NCBI GenBank assembly: GCA_030390025.1
Contig: CM059432.1
Coordinates: 59,956,001-60,020,000 of the forward strand
Reading direction: 5' to 3'
Source: Squalus acanthias
Lineage: Eukaryota
DNA: 64,000 nucleotides
Position 1 is the stretch's first letter. The number at the start of each line of letters is the position of its first letter. A program made the position numbers and the translations under genes. Of the stretch, positions 38,471 through 50,612 are shown piece by piece. Under the pieces are notes generated by a model. The model searched no databases and was not told the origin of the DNA. It saw only the letters and a program-made list of their open reading frames with translations.

Positions 38471-39859
38471 AGTTGCCTCAGATGAAATCGCATTAGCCTT
38501 TGTTGCCTTTGGCTGAACTCTTCAGCCACCTCCAACACCATCACTGCCTTTGGGAAGTCCAATAGAATTTGCATGTTGAAAATTGTGTTAGTGAAGCAAC
38601 TGCTGTCACAGTGCTGTGGCAAAGGGTATCTGCAAAGGAGGAAAGTAATGTACCAAAGATAATAACGTTTACAGCTATATGAAAAGTAAACAAAAATGAG
38701 AACTTGCAGTGCTAAGGTTCTCACACTGTCACTCACACCTATAAGAATCAAACTTCTGAAGGCTAGAAAGCAAATAATGGAAAAAGATTGTGTTTTTAGC
38801 GCAGGACCAATTTACAAAAGTATAACAGTGAAGAGGTGTAATGAGGCTCATTCGGTTCAAGGCCTCCAAAAAGAGAAAATTCAACACCCCACAAATCGGG
38901 AACTTGGGCCAACTGGCCTGATTCCACAATCCACACTCACAGAATGTGTGGGAGTGCATCATTGCAGAATTGGACCAGATATCAGAAGTCTCTTTGGAGG
39001 GGAATGTTTGGGAGCACTGGTTACTGTTCTGGTTTGCTTACAGAGTTGTGCTAGTAATTTGACTTTATTTTCTTCGAGTGATGAATACAATGAAAATGAG
39101 ACAAGCTGGTTTACTGCCAGTCTATTGTGAGGGTTGTTGCTTAACGGAAGCGCCTCTAATAAGTTATTTATTGCTGCTAAACTAACCATGTCAAAAAATC
39201 TCCCTTCGTCTATTTGCTTGTGGTGCACAAAGGCAATGGTAAATTTTTAAGATTTATTTTTGACTGTTATCATTGTAGAATTTTCTGAAATTTTAATTCA
39301 ACTTTTCTGTTTCCATTATGCAGTGCTTCACTGAATTTTATTTGTGCAGATGAAACATTGCCGGCACAAAATTTAGATCTGTAGCGCCCGTTTTTTGGGT
39401 GCTATGAGTGCCCTTCGAGGTCCAAAATGGAATCTGCGGCGTGGGGCGAATCGCGCCGGACGCCATATTGGTGAGGGTGTTAGTGTGCGCGCAGTGAATG
39501 GCCGCCAGACGTATGTAGAGCAGACAGATCATGAGGTCAATCACCGGGCAACGCTGATTTGACACCAGTGCTGCCATTTTGGAGCTCAACGCTCCAGCTA
39601 ACACCCTCTCTAAACCTCGCACAGCTGAACACGCATGCAGCACCAGGAACCACCCCTACCAGCTCTATTTAAAGGGACCATCAACTACTTACAGGTTAGT
39701 TGCTGGTTGATTTCTTCTGGCTGTTGCTACGTGTCTAGAAGTGTTTGGTGCTTTCTACAGCTGTATGAAGTTGCCAAAGTCTACAGGGAGTGGTGTGGCA
39801 GGTGATGAAGGACTTTTTGCTGACTTCAAGGCTTCTGCACAAACCACTTGCTGCCAGAC

Positions 39860-41050
39860 ATGGGTGCACTAGTGGAATTCCTCTTGGAATACAGCATGAC
39901 TTGGAGAATGAATAGATGGCTTGCAGAGCAGGACAAGCTGCTGGAAGAGGGAGGAGGAGGAGGGGAAGAAGGGCTCTCAGCACAAGGCCATATTTGCCTA
40001 GGGTGTTTAGGGAGCAATTCTCCTAACTGAACCTCAGCAAAGAAAAATGTGTGAGACGTCCTCACTGAAATTTGCCACCTGCTCAGCCAGAACTGCAACC
40101 TCAGAGCAGGGCAAGGACCACATTGCCAGTTATTGTGAAGGTGGGCAAGGAGCACATTGCCAGTTATTGTGAAGGTGGGCAAGGACCACATTGCCAGTTA
40201 TTGTGAAGGTGGGCAAGGACCACATTGCAGTTATTGTGAAGGTGGGCAAGGAGCACATTGCCAGTTATTGTGAAGGTGACCGTGGCCATGAACTTTTATG
40301 CATCAGGAGCTGGAAATATTTGCAACATCTTGCAGTTTGCCATCCACTGTTGCGTAAGGGAGGTCACCGAGGCTCTCTCTTCAAAGAGAGCTGACTACAT
40401 TTCATTTTCTCTTGTCAGAGAGCAGCAGGCGGAGCGAACACGGGGCTTTGCGAGGATTGCAGGCTTCCCAATGGTGCAGGATGCCATTGACCTCACGTAC
40501 ATTGCTTTGCGGGTGCCGTAAGTCAACTCTGTCAAGTACCGGAACTAAAAGGGATTCCACTCCCTCAACGTCCAGCTGGTGTGTGACTATGCAGGTCAAT
40601 GCCCGGTATCCTGGCAGCAGTCATGATGCCTTCATTCTGTGGCAGTCTGCTATTGAGCCACCAGGCCAAATCAAAGGGTGGCTACTGGGCAACAAGGGCT
40701 ATCCGCTGATGACATGGCTCATCACTCTGGTGCGCAACCCATGCACATGTGGGCAGCATGCATACAATGAAAGCCATGCTGCCACATGAAATGTGATAGA
40801 GCAGACCATTGGCGTGCTGAAACAACGCTTCCGCTGCCTGGACCGCTCTGGAGGAGCCCTGCAGTACTCGGCAGAGCAGGTGTCAAGATTCGTAGTGGTT
40901 TGCTGCATGCTGCACAACCTCGCCATCATGAGGGCACAGCCCTTTCCACCAGCTATACAGTGAGCAGCTGAGGAGCAGGAGCACAAGGAGGAGGAGGAAG
41001 TAGAAGAGGAGGAGGAGGAAGAGGAAGGGAGGTGGCAACCTAGACAGCCC
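39860..41050 (+). pseudogene. Harbinger DDE transposase
   Basis: GFARIAGFPMVQDAIDLTY, KGFHSLNVQLVCD, ARYPGSSHDAFIL, GWLLGNKGYPL (D to N) and IEQTIGVLKQRFRCLD, followed by an acidic tail. Contains stops and frameshifts. Confidence 0.92.
40109..40277 (+). repeat. 34-bp tandem repeat x5 inside the transposase
   Basis: gggcaagga(c/g)cacattgccagttattgtgaaggt at 40109, 40143, 40177, 40211 (33 bp) and 40244. Confidence 0.97.
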
Positions 41051-42961
41051 CTTTCTGGGCTGGCTGGCTGACAGGCAACAGCAAGGACACTGGCGGAGTG
41101 GCACGGGTGGGAGGACAAATGCTGTCATCTTGAGAGAGGCAACTGCAACTCCCCCGGGGCAGTGCCTCACCAATCCCAGTAATCTGTTGGAGGACAGATT
41201 GCTGGACTGCTGTGACATCCTGTAAGACTCTTTGAACACTAGTATCCAGAGCCATGATGGCAGCAGTCTGAGGCTTCCACTGCAGCACTCAGACATTGGG
41301 TGGCTGCTGCTTGTGCTGCAATGGAAGCTGAAATATCAGCCATCAGACGCTGCATCATGATTGGGTCCACAAGTGTGTTAATGGAGTTGGCCTCCACTTC
41401 CATGCTGGAAAGGATGGGCTCCAAGCTCTGCGCAAAGCCCTGTGCCAAGTTGGTGCTAGACTCCTCCATGCTCCTTGACATTGCACACAGGCTTTCTGGC
41501 AGGCTTCCCAATGCACCAAGCATTTTGTGATGCAGCCTTCTTCTGCAGCTGCCTGATCAAAGTTCTCATCTGACTGCTCTGCAGCAGAACTCGAGTGCGA
41601 CCTCACCCTCCAGTGAGCGCTATTCTTGCCCCCTGCCCTGGCTGCAGGCCACTCGTGTCCAGTGTCACCATGTGCAGATCCTGCCTCTATGCTATCCTCT
41701 AAATTACACGCTGTGTCAGTATCTGAGTTGATGGCTGCGAGTGTGAAACCAAGTGACAGTGTGTCTTCATCTTCACTGTCTTCCTGCTCTTCCACCACTG
41801 CCTGGCCAGGTTGTAGTTCTTGGGTATCTGAAAGGAGAAAGGCACAAGGGTAGGGTTGTGGTGAGGTGATGGGGGGGGAAGCAAGAGGCACTTATAAATC
41901 AGAAGAGATTGTGGGATGAGGGGGAAGTGGGATGTGAGTAGGAGGATTAGGTATCTATCGTTTTAGCTGTCGCTGGCCATGGCCTCAGCAATGGCCGTTC
42001 CAGTAATGGACAGTACCGTCTCCTCCATCAGGGATAGAACATGCAGGCGCGCCTGTTCCCTGCCGGTTAGCTCCTGCTGCCTCCAGTTGTGCGCCACCTT
42101 CTACTGCAAGAGAGAGTGAAGTGTGTCAGTGAGTGTCGTGCAATTTGTTTGGGTGATGTAGCTGCCATGTTTGAATAGCTGGCAGTGTGTGCAAGCTGTG
42201 AGGTGTGGGTTTGAGGCTTGCAGCTGTGCTGAGTTTGTGAGGGTGCGGTGAAGCTATGAATGTGAGGTACCTTCAGCCCCACAACCCCCCGAGATATCTG
42301 TGCTCCTCTAATTTTCCCCTCTTGAGGATCCCTGATTATAATTGCTCAACCTTTGGTGGCCGTGCCTTCTGTTGCCTAGGCCCTAAGCTCTGGAATTCCC
42401 TGCCTAAACCTGTCTGCCTCGCTACCTCTCTTTCCCCCTTTAAGACGCTCCTTAAAACCTACCTCTTTGACCAAGCTTTTAGTCACCTGCCCTAATTTAT
42501 CCTCATGTGGATCGGTGTCAAAGTTTTTGTCTTAAAATACTCCTGTGCCGTGCCTTGCGACATTTTACTACGTTAAAGGCGCTATATAAATACAAGTTGT
42601 TGTTGTTGTTGTGTTTGATAGAGATTGCTGGTAGGTGATTGATGGGGGTGTGGTGAATTGAGCAGTGTGTGAGGCTAGTGATGCAGTTAGTAGGATACAG
42701 CATTTGAAGATATATTCACTGACCTTGACTACTCGTGTGAGGTCACTAAATTTTTGACGGCACTGCATCCAGGTCCTCGGTGCTTGACTCCTGGCACTGA
42801 CCGCCACGGCTATCAGGACCCACTGCCTTCTGAGAGTTTGTCTGGAGGGCCCCCTGGCCCCCTGTGGATACAGCACATCTCCTCCTTTCCATCTCCTCGA
42901 CTAAGGCCTCCAGTGCAGCGTCCGAAAACCTTGGAGCCCACTCTCTCCTATTTTGTGTCAT
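41050..42961 (-). pseudogene. Harbinger Myb/SANT-like DNA-binding gene, 3 exons (about 42961-42724, 42103-41955, 41827-41050)
   Basis: APRFSDAALEALVEE...W..IAVAVSA....RTWMQCRQKFSDL. Donor aag|gtcagt; acceptors ctctcttgcag| and ttctcctttcag|. Exon 1 is frameshifted and exon 2 starts with TAG. Confidence 0.88.
42268..42611 (+). mobile_element. L2 3' fragment inserted in intron 1 of the Myb gene
   Basis: LQPHNPPRYL...PKLWNSLP...FKTLLKTYLF, with tail aaatacaagttgttgttgttgttg. Confidence 0.92.
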
Positions 42962-44057
42962 TATTGAGTGTTTCCCACATTACAATCAGTTGTAGAACGA
43001 TTTCCAACACCTGCACATTGCACCTCCCCTTTAAGAGGTGCAGGCTAGCTTCAATTGGTGCTAGCCTCTCACAATTTTGGGCCCCTGCTGATGCGTGCAG
43101 CCAATGAACAACATGGTTAGTGCTGGCTGCATGCAGAAATCATGTAAATGAGCAGGCAGCATATAGTTGGCGTGCTGCCTGCATTACATTGAATGGGTGT
43201 GGGTTAATCGCGCATCGCGATCCCCGTGCCCATTTTTGAGGGCTATCGAATTTAGTCCCTTACATCTTTAACTTAATTTACAGATACACCAGTACAAAGA
43301 GAGGTCAACAGGAGCACCGGAAGAGAGAGTCCAGCAATGCCTCACTAAAAATATCATGCGATGTCTGCAAGGAACATATACTTTGCTTCAATTGCTTTGC
43401 AGTATTTATTTGAGGTCAAAGCAATGGGGGGCGATTTAACGCTACTTGCACAGCAGAAACCTGGTGGGTGGGCAGTTAAAATCGCCCTGGCTCTTACCTG
43501 TCCGAAAGCCACCATGATCGCAACGTCTGCATTTTAACCTGCTCTCCTGAGCAGGCAGCAAGGGCACGTGCCCGGAGCCAACAGGGTCCTTCTTTACATA
43601 TGCATGCTGCAGCCAATGACATAATTGAGACCCGACTGAAATTTTAACTCAGGCCTGAGCGGGGAATCCACCTGGAGTTACCCAATAGATGTCATTCAAC
43701 TTACATTAAAAACAAGATAATATTTTAAAACAGAAGGTTTGCCATAATCACTGGAGGAGAAACTATTTAGAATGTCAATTGGTTGCTTCCTTACCAATCC
43801 GTTTTATTTAAACTATTATTTTGATAACATTTGCATAATTGCAAAAACTTTACATGACTTTGTCATTTAAAAATCTCAACATTAAAAAGATACGAAGATT
43901 ACAAAGGTCATTACATCATTAACGAAAGAGTGAATGAAACATAGCATAGTATAATTTCACACAAAAATCGATTACAACCTATAGAAATTGAAGAGATCAA
44001 AGCTCAGTCCATTCCTGGGCAAAGAGCCTGAAGTATGCTCCACTTAACTGACTCTGA

Positions 44058-44280
44058 AGTGTCAGCTTGGCTCAGTTGGTAGTACTTGCACCTCTGAGTT
44101 AGAAGGTTATGGGTTCAAGCCCCACTCCCAGATTTGAACATATAATCTAGCCTTATACATGAATTCAGTACTGAAGAGTGCTGTGTTGTCGGAAATGTTT
44201 CCCTTCAAATGGGACATTAAATCAAGGCCCCGGCTGCCTGTTTCAGTGGATACTATTCAAAGAAGGGCAGGGAGTTCTGA
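44058..44280 (+). mobile_element. Deu-SINE 5' portion with tRNA head
   Basis: tggctcagttggtag (A box) and gggttcaagccc (B box), then a degenerate Deu core. Confidence 0.8.
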
Positions 44281-44763
44281 GGAGACCCAAACAAGTAACT
44301 TGAGAGATTCCATTGAAGTCCCCTCCAGACAATCTGACAAACTGAAAAAGGTCCGAAAAACTTGAAAATGGCTGCATTTCACACTGTCAAACATATATGC
44401 AGAAATGAGTAGCTCAAATGGAAAATCATCTGCCTGTATTGTCCAGTTAAGTTTCCAACTGAAGGTGAACTAATAATAGTAAGTAAAAAAGCTGCAGTGA
44501 ATCAGAATATGATTATCATTGGGAATTTCAATGTCCCAGAAAGTAGTGGATAAGTCAAGGATAACTGGTAGAACATTGATTAGCTTGGTCTGGGTAAGGT
44601 CTTGGCCCTTTGTAAAGGCCTCAGTGGAACTCTCACCATCTCTTAAATACCCTTTTGAAGGTGATGGGGTTGATTTTCGTAGGAGATTGTCCTGTCCGTT
44701 CGGCTAACTTCAGCTGAAAAGCTGTGCAAACCCCAGAAAAATTACATAAACACTGTTTACAAT

Positions 44764-45507
44764 GGCCCAGAAATTGATCTCGCTCTGTTCCCGCGGGGGT
44801 AAGCCTTCCCCGCGATCTCTCACCTCGCTTGTGCTTTTTCAGATCCAGCTCGCACGAACTTGATGTTCCAGACATCAGCTGGGCAGTGCTTGCGTATCCC
44901 ACCGGCGCAGTGAATTCGTGCGAGCTGTGGGATCACGTGACTCAGTTAGAGCCAATGGCAGCACACCATCTTCCATTCATAAGTTTCACATACGTGCTGT
45001 GAAATCTATGAATCTTACACCCCCCCAAAATAACAGCTAAACCTCAATTAAATTTTTTTAAAAAACCATCACATTAATAAAATAAGTATAGTTAAATAAA
45101 TTAACCATTTTAAATAAAAAATTAAATTTTTGAAAAAATTTAAAATCTTTTAAAAAGTTATAAAAATAAACTTACCTGTCTTTAAAGTCTCTAAAAAAGA
45201 TATACCTGTTAAAAAAAATTCAAAAAAATACTTAATTCACTACTTACCTTGTTAAAAGTGGGTCTTACTCCTCCTTTTTCCATTTCTAAAATCTTCCGTA
45301 CTTACCTGCGCGTCCAAAGCATGAAGTGCACAGCGTGCGCGCAGCCTGTAGCGCGCACGCGATGCACCGAGGAACCGCCCCCTTTTCAAAAGACCAAGTG
45401 CCGGTTTTCAGCGCATGCGCAGGGCATGCAGAAAACCGGCAATTGGAGAGAGAATACGCGAGAGTATGCAGTGCGTACTCTCGCGCAGTGGGATGAATTT
45501 TTGGCCC
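44764..45507. mobile_element. Harbinger-like MITE related to 390-1104
   Basis: TIR ggcccagaaatt ... aatttttggccc, an AT-rich core and a shared gcgcatgcgc palindrome cassette. Confidence 0.78.
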
Positions 45508-46574
45508 ATTGTTTCTTTTCTGGGCTTTACACAGCTCTTCCGTTGAAGTTATCATGGACGGGCAGGAGAACTTCTGTGGAATTTCACTCCCAATGTGTCC
45601 ACAGCTGCATATTCCATAGGTGTAATAAGGCACATAATTAGCATTGTCAGTAACAGTTTCACATTGACTGGATACATTTGTGAATGGTTAATAGTCACAT
45701 CCAACCCCTTTATCATGTACAGAATTAATTTGCCTGTTCCAATGTGCATAATCTATTTATCTGTATTGAAATCCATATGTGATACTGGACAGTGGTATTA
45801 ACATAAGCTTCAGTGACATCAGCTCCTTTGCCTGGTGCTATGAAAGTGACATAACTTTATTACATGTTTTTTGAAAAATATATGGGCTGCGGGGGTTAGT
45901 TCTAACAGTGTGATGGTTACTGCAACATATCATCAAGTGCCGGGGTACTTTTCACTGCCTGGGTGGTAATCTGGTAGAACAGACTGCCTGTTGTAGACAC
46001 TGTCTGCTTTTCATTCCATTGAAAGGAAAAGATTGAAAATCAAGGGGCTTCTATAGCAGGTGGGTGATCCACTCCACCAGATTATCACCCATGCGGTGAA
46101 GAGGAAAATATACCCGAGGAAAGACCCTGGAATTGTTGTCAGTGTAAAGGTTATGGGAGAGAGTGCTTTCTTAAGATAAAGGCTTGGAGTTGAATAAATT
46201 TAGTGTTTTAGAATTGGAGGATGTGAGTGATGGGGACTGGAGCACTTTTCCATCATTTACAGCTAGTGAAACTATCAAGCAGTCATGTATAGCATGGGTA
46301 GCCTCAGGAAAAAATTCTCTCTGCTCTACCCCTGCAATGTGCTTTGACTCCAACCTTAGAACAACAACCCAAGTGTGCAGTGATACTAGCTTCTGGTACT
46401 AGCCATTCTTGTGGTCAGTCTGAGTGGGACCATTAGTGTCAACTAATGCCATATCATGGGAGTTTTGTTCTTTTGATCTGGGCTAAAAGGAACTAGATTA
46501 AGGTTCCCCAAAATAATGTTGTCCTCACACCCACCCTACCAGTCTGCCGGATTCAAAAACAAGATCCCAAAAGT

Positions 46575-47045
46575 AAAAGAAAGAAAGACTAACATTTATA
46601 TAGCGCCTTTCATGACCACCGGACATCTCAAAGCGCTTTACAGCCAATGAAGTACTTTTGCAGTGTAGTCGCTGTTGTAATGTGGAAAACGCGGCAACCA
46701 AATTGCACACAGCAAGCTCCCACAAACAGCAATGTGATAATGACCAGATAATCTGTTTTTGTTATGTTGATTGAGGGATAAATATTGGCCAGGACACAGG
46801 GGATAACTCCCCGACTCTTCTTCGAAATAGTGCCCTGGGATCGTTTACATCCACCTGAGAGAGCAGACAGGACCTCGGTTTAACATCTCATCTGAAAGAC
46901 GGCACCTCTGACAGTGCAGCACTCCCTCAGCACTGCACTGGAGTGTCAGCCTAGATTTTTGTGCTCAAGTCCCTGGAGTGGGACTATGAACCCACAACCT
47001 TCTGACTCAGAGGCAAGTGTGCTACCCACTGAGCCACAGCTGACA
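46575..47045 (-). mobile_element. Full-length tRNA-headed Deu-domain SINE (SacSINE1-like)
   Basis: The minus strand has tggctcagtgggtag (A box), gggttcatagtccc (B box), the Deu core, the 3' end aaggcgctatataaatg and a (tctt)n tail. Confidence 0.9.
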
Positions 47046-47058
47046 GTGGTAAAAGGTA

Positions 47059-47556
47059 GGGGGTGATTTTCAACTGCTGGCCACCAGTTTCTCACCTGAT
47101 CCAAATTTCAGGTGGAACCTGCAAAGGAGCGAGCAGCTACCCTGACTACTTTGGGCAGGAGGTTGCTTACATATGAAAATCAGGATTCTATGCTGGTTGT
47201 AAGACTCTGTTTGCATTTTCCAGGTACAAGTGAACAGAGTCTACCCAGAATTCTGTTTGGGAGAATATTTGTGAGGCCGGGAGGAGCAGAAGTGCTCCAT
47301 AAAAATACTGTGGCCTGCTGCCAAGCCATGCTCGACACCCTCCAGGATCGGTTCTCCCCCCACCCCCACCATTCAGTGTAGGGGCCGATTTACTGCCCTC
47401 CCACAACCAGCGAGCTGCAACAGGATACCTGTTTGGCACTCGCAACACGCCGGCTGTGTTTAAATGGTTCGGGACTCTCAAAGCCGGCCTCAGGCGGGAA
47501 GAGGGGCTGTTCCGCTGACTTTGCGCCCATTTCGGGGAAAGTTGAAACTCTCCCCA
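47059..47556. mobile_element. Harbinger-like MITE
   Basis: TIR ggggtgattttcaac ... gttgaaactctcccc (13 of 15 match). Confidence 0.7.
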
Positions 47557-48097
47557 TAATATCTAGGCCATCGTGACATAAAAGTTCCTACTGGTAAATA
47601 CTAAACTATTGTAGAAAAAAACATGGCCATCTTTGATTCACAAGTAGTTTAGACTAATTCGACTGAGAACTTTAATCGCACACTATTCTACTACGTAACT
47701 CTTTGTCATTGTAGTTTACACTTTTGTTGTCATTTATGTTAAATTATATTAGCCATAAATTTGCCATTTGTTTAACATCATAACAGATGTAAAATCCATT
47801 ATTTGGGTATCTATAGAAAGAGAAACAGGAATATGTAAAACTGATTGTATAGAGGTGATCAGAGACTTCAAATCAAACAGAATATATGGGAATTCATTTC
47901 GTGGAGATGGTGACCAGTGCATTCAATTCCCCAATTTTTTGCCTCATTAACTTTCCCCATGCGTCACAACAATCTCTAACTGATAGAACAGGTGAGAAAC
48001 CTGTTCCTATACCTCCACCAATGGCACTCTTCAACCAGCTGCTAAAAAGAACACAGGTGGACTCATCAGGAGAAGTGCGCCTGTCTTGATACCTCCC

Positions 48098-48206
48098 AGG
48101 TAATAACGCAGTATGGGCGGTGCCCTGGGAAGCTACCACGTTCTGGTACTCTGTGGTGCAGTAAGTACGTACTGCGCCAATGGACCGCCTAACTTGCGCC
48201 TTGCTT
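48098..48206. other. Branched fold-back element (outer stem plus two inner hairpins)
   Basis: Complementary pairs gggcggt/accgcct, tacca/tggta and tggtgcagta/tactgcgcca are directly visible. Confidence 0.6.
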
Positions 48207-48834
48207 TAAGAGATATTAATGTTTAGTAAAGCAATTCTACTTAGTGATGGTATCATTAGCCCATGTACACAGAGCATGCTGGTTGGCTGATTTTGAATTT
48301 ATGAAACTGACAAGTTGGCTTTTTAAAAAGGGAAATTGCAGCTTGAAGTGCTAATTATCAATAAACAGTAGTAATTACTAGGCATGAAAGCTTGTATGCA
48401 TTTTATGAGTAATCCATTCCTTAATACCCAAATGCCTTCAAAGATTCATATTTGAATAATTATGAAGCGTCAATTAAAGGCTAAAGTTTTAGTATCCCTA
48501 TTAGAATGATCTGCCTTTCTATTTCAGGTCAGTTTCATAAATTCAAGAATCTACAGTCTAGCAAGCTTTGTATACTACTTAGAAATAGGCCACCTATAAA
48601 TAGATTACTCCAATATGACTTTTGAAAGGAAAGTGATGAATATGATCATGATAAAAATAAAATGAGAAAATTATGATGTAAATTCAGAGGCTAAAGCACT
48701 TTCTACACCTTCGCATTCCATATAGGTCAGTTAGAAGCTTGGAAAGCAGGATATTGTAAAAGTTTAAATTATAAAGAAAAGATATTTTTTCATGTGGCCT
48801 AATCCAATATTCTTGATATAATTTTCAGCTGGTA

Positions 48835-48934
48835 CACGAACTGGAGGGATTTTCACAAACTGGAGGGATTTTCACGAACTGGAGGGATTTTCACAAACTG
48901 GAGGGATTTTCACAAACTGGAGGGATTTTCACGA
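48835..48934 (+). repeat. 19-bp tandem repeat x5
   Basis: ctggagggattttcac(a/g)aa at 48841, 48860, 48879, 48898 and 48917. Confidence 0.97.
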
Positions 48935-50167
48935 TGTAGACAAATGCACACAAGGTACAGAATGTTTCTCTTGTTTGGTGGTTCATCTTTCAGTGGTGTT
49001 CGGGACGAAGGTGAAAGCCTTACAGTTGGGCAAAAAAAAGAAAAGTAATTGTCCTGGAATCAAGAATTCAGCATATTAGGCAACCTTCAGGATTATTTGG
49101 CCCTGATACATAATAGTTACGTACACAAATAACTGTTGTCCTTCAAGAGGAACAAATCATCTAAGATTTGAATCATGCTACTAATCAAAAATGTATTTCA
49201 CTTATTAATAGAGCTGTCAGCCATCTCATGCTTTTTGTTCAGAGATCTTTGCATTCTGAGATGGGGATCTCATGAGAATATTCTTGAATATAATGTGCAT
49301 GATCTTCACTGTGGAAATATTTGTTGAAATAATATACAGTTAAATAAAACATGGATGGTAAATAAACAGCAAATGCAATGATGTACCTTGACTCCTACAG
49401 GTGATCAAAAAGTAGTGCCATACAACTGAACTCCTGCTTTCACAGTGAGAACACAGGCACAAAACATTCTTTCAGCTGATACTAATAATCTCATCAGAAT
49501 GCAAAAGCACCAACTGTGTTATAAAACCAATGATCTGTTATATTCTGCAAGAATTTACTAAAGCATAATGTCATTTCCTATAGACTGAAGACCTTCAAAG
49601 AAAACAGGACTAAAAAAATGTTTACATCAGCTAAACATAAAGAGGTTTAGCAAAACATTTCTCTAAAAGCATCACACATTTTAGTTAATAGCTACAATAA
49701 TAGTATACATGTTGCATTCACTTTGCTGGATAATGTAGTACAGGCGTATAAAAATATTGCAGAGCACATACGGTATATAACAGTTTAAAATAAGGTTATC
49801 AGTTCAGGTACAGTAAGTTCCAGGATGTGCTGAAATTTATGGTACTTTGTCTACATTTTGAACTGATAATAATCCTTTCAGTTGGTGAAATAGCAGGATA
49901 AGCTCTCTGATAGTAAAATTATGATTTTATATAATATAGTCAATTCTTCTCAAGAACAATTTTACTTTTCCAAGATAAACTTGTTCTTCGCTGACATTGG
50001 TTTTATAATGATTCACCATTGTGCTGCAGCTAATTGAGATTAAACTTGGCAAATTGCTTTATAGGCACTTGATTTTAAATCTTAATAAAACACAGAACAA
50101 TAATGACACACAACCAAAGGAATCTTTACTAGATAGCTGTCTTAGACACTCGCACAGTTATGAAGTA

Positions 50168-50612
50168 AGATTTTTTTTATTCGTTCATGGGATGTGGGCG
50201 TCACTGGCAAGGCCAGCATTTATTGCCCATCCCTAGTTGCCCTTGAGAAGGTGGTAGTGAGCCGCCTTCTTCAACCGCTGCAGTCTGTGCGGTGAAGGTA
50301 CTCCCACAGTGCTGTTAGGGAGGGAGTTCCAGGATTTTGACCCAGCGATGATGAAGGAACGGCGATATACTTCCAAGTCAGAATGGCGTGTGACTTGGAG
50401 GGGAACTTGGAGGTGGTGGTGTTCCCATGCGCCTGCTGCCCTTGTCCTGCAGCCACGGTACGCTGGTGGTGGAGGGAGTGAATGTTTATGGTGGTGGATG
50501 GGGTGCCAATCAAGCGGGCTGCTTTGTCTTGGATGGTGTCGAGCTTCTTGAGTGTTGTTGGAGCTGCACTCATCCAGGCAAGTGGGGAGTATTCCATCAC
50601 ACTCCTGACTTG
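50168..50612 (-). mobile_element. Zenon-like CR1 LINE 3' fragment
   Basis: MEYSPLAWMSAAPTTLKKLDTIQDKAARLI, with 3' end ggatgggcaataaatgctggccttgccagtgacgcccacatccc plus an A tail. Internally deleted relative to 59367-59950. Confidence 0.88.

Larger units (their letters stand above)
39363..43259 (+). mobile_element. Near-complete PIF/Harbinger DNA transposon (two convergent genes, inactive)
   Basis: Imperfect TIR ggcacaaaatt ... aatttagtccc, transposase on +, Myb/SANT gene on -, and GC-rich subterminal regions. Confidence 0.88.

Noticed and set aside
38959..39228. Protein-like 89-aa minus-strand ORF
   Set aside because: No convincing splice sites or recognisable motif, and the length is compatible with chance.
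40109..40277. CRISPR-like 34-bp repeats
   Set aside because: No spacers; the unit is a duplicated piece of transposase coding sequence.
39860..41050. Domesticated host gene HARBI1 (or NAIF1/MSANTD for the Myb ORF)
   Set aside because: Multiple stops and frameshifts, TIR-bounded, and several diverged paralogous remnants in the same window.
46970..47045. tRNA gene (also 44058-44130)
   Set aside because: The A/B boxes continue into a SINE body and tail, and no complete cloverleaf is evident.
48040..48075. Hammerhead core CTGATGAG on the minus strand (also near 30674 and 56968)
   Set aside because: No stem II followed by GAAA at a suitable distance.
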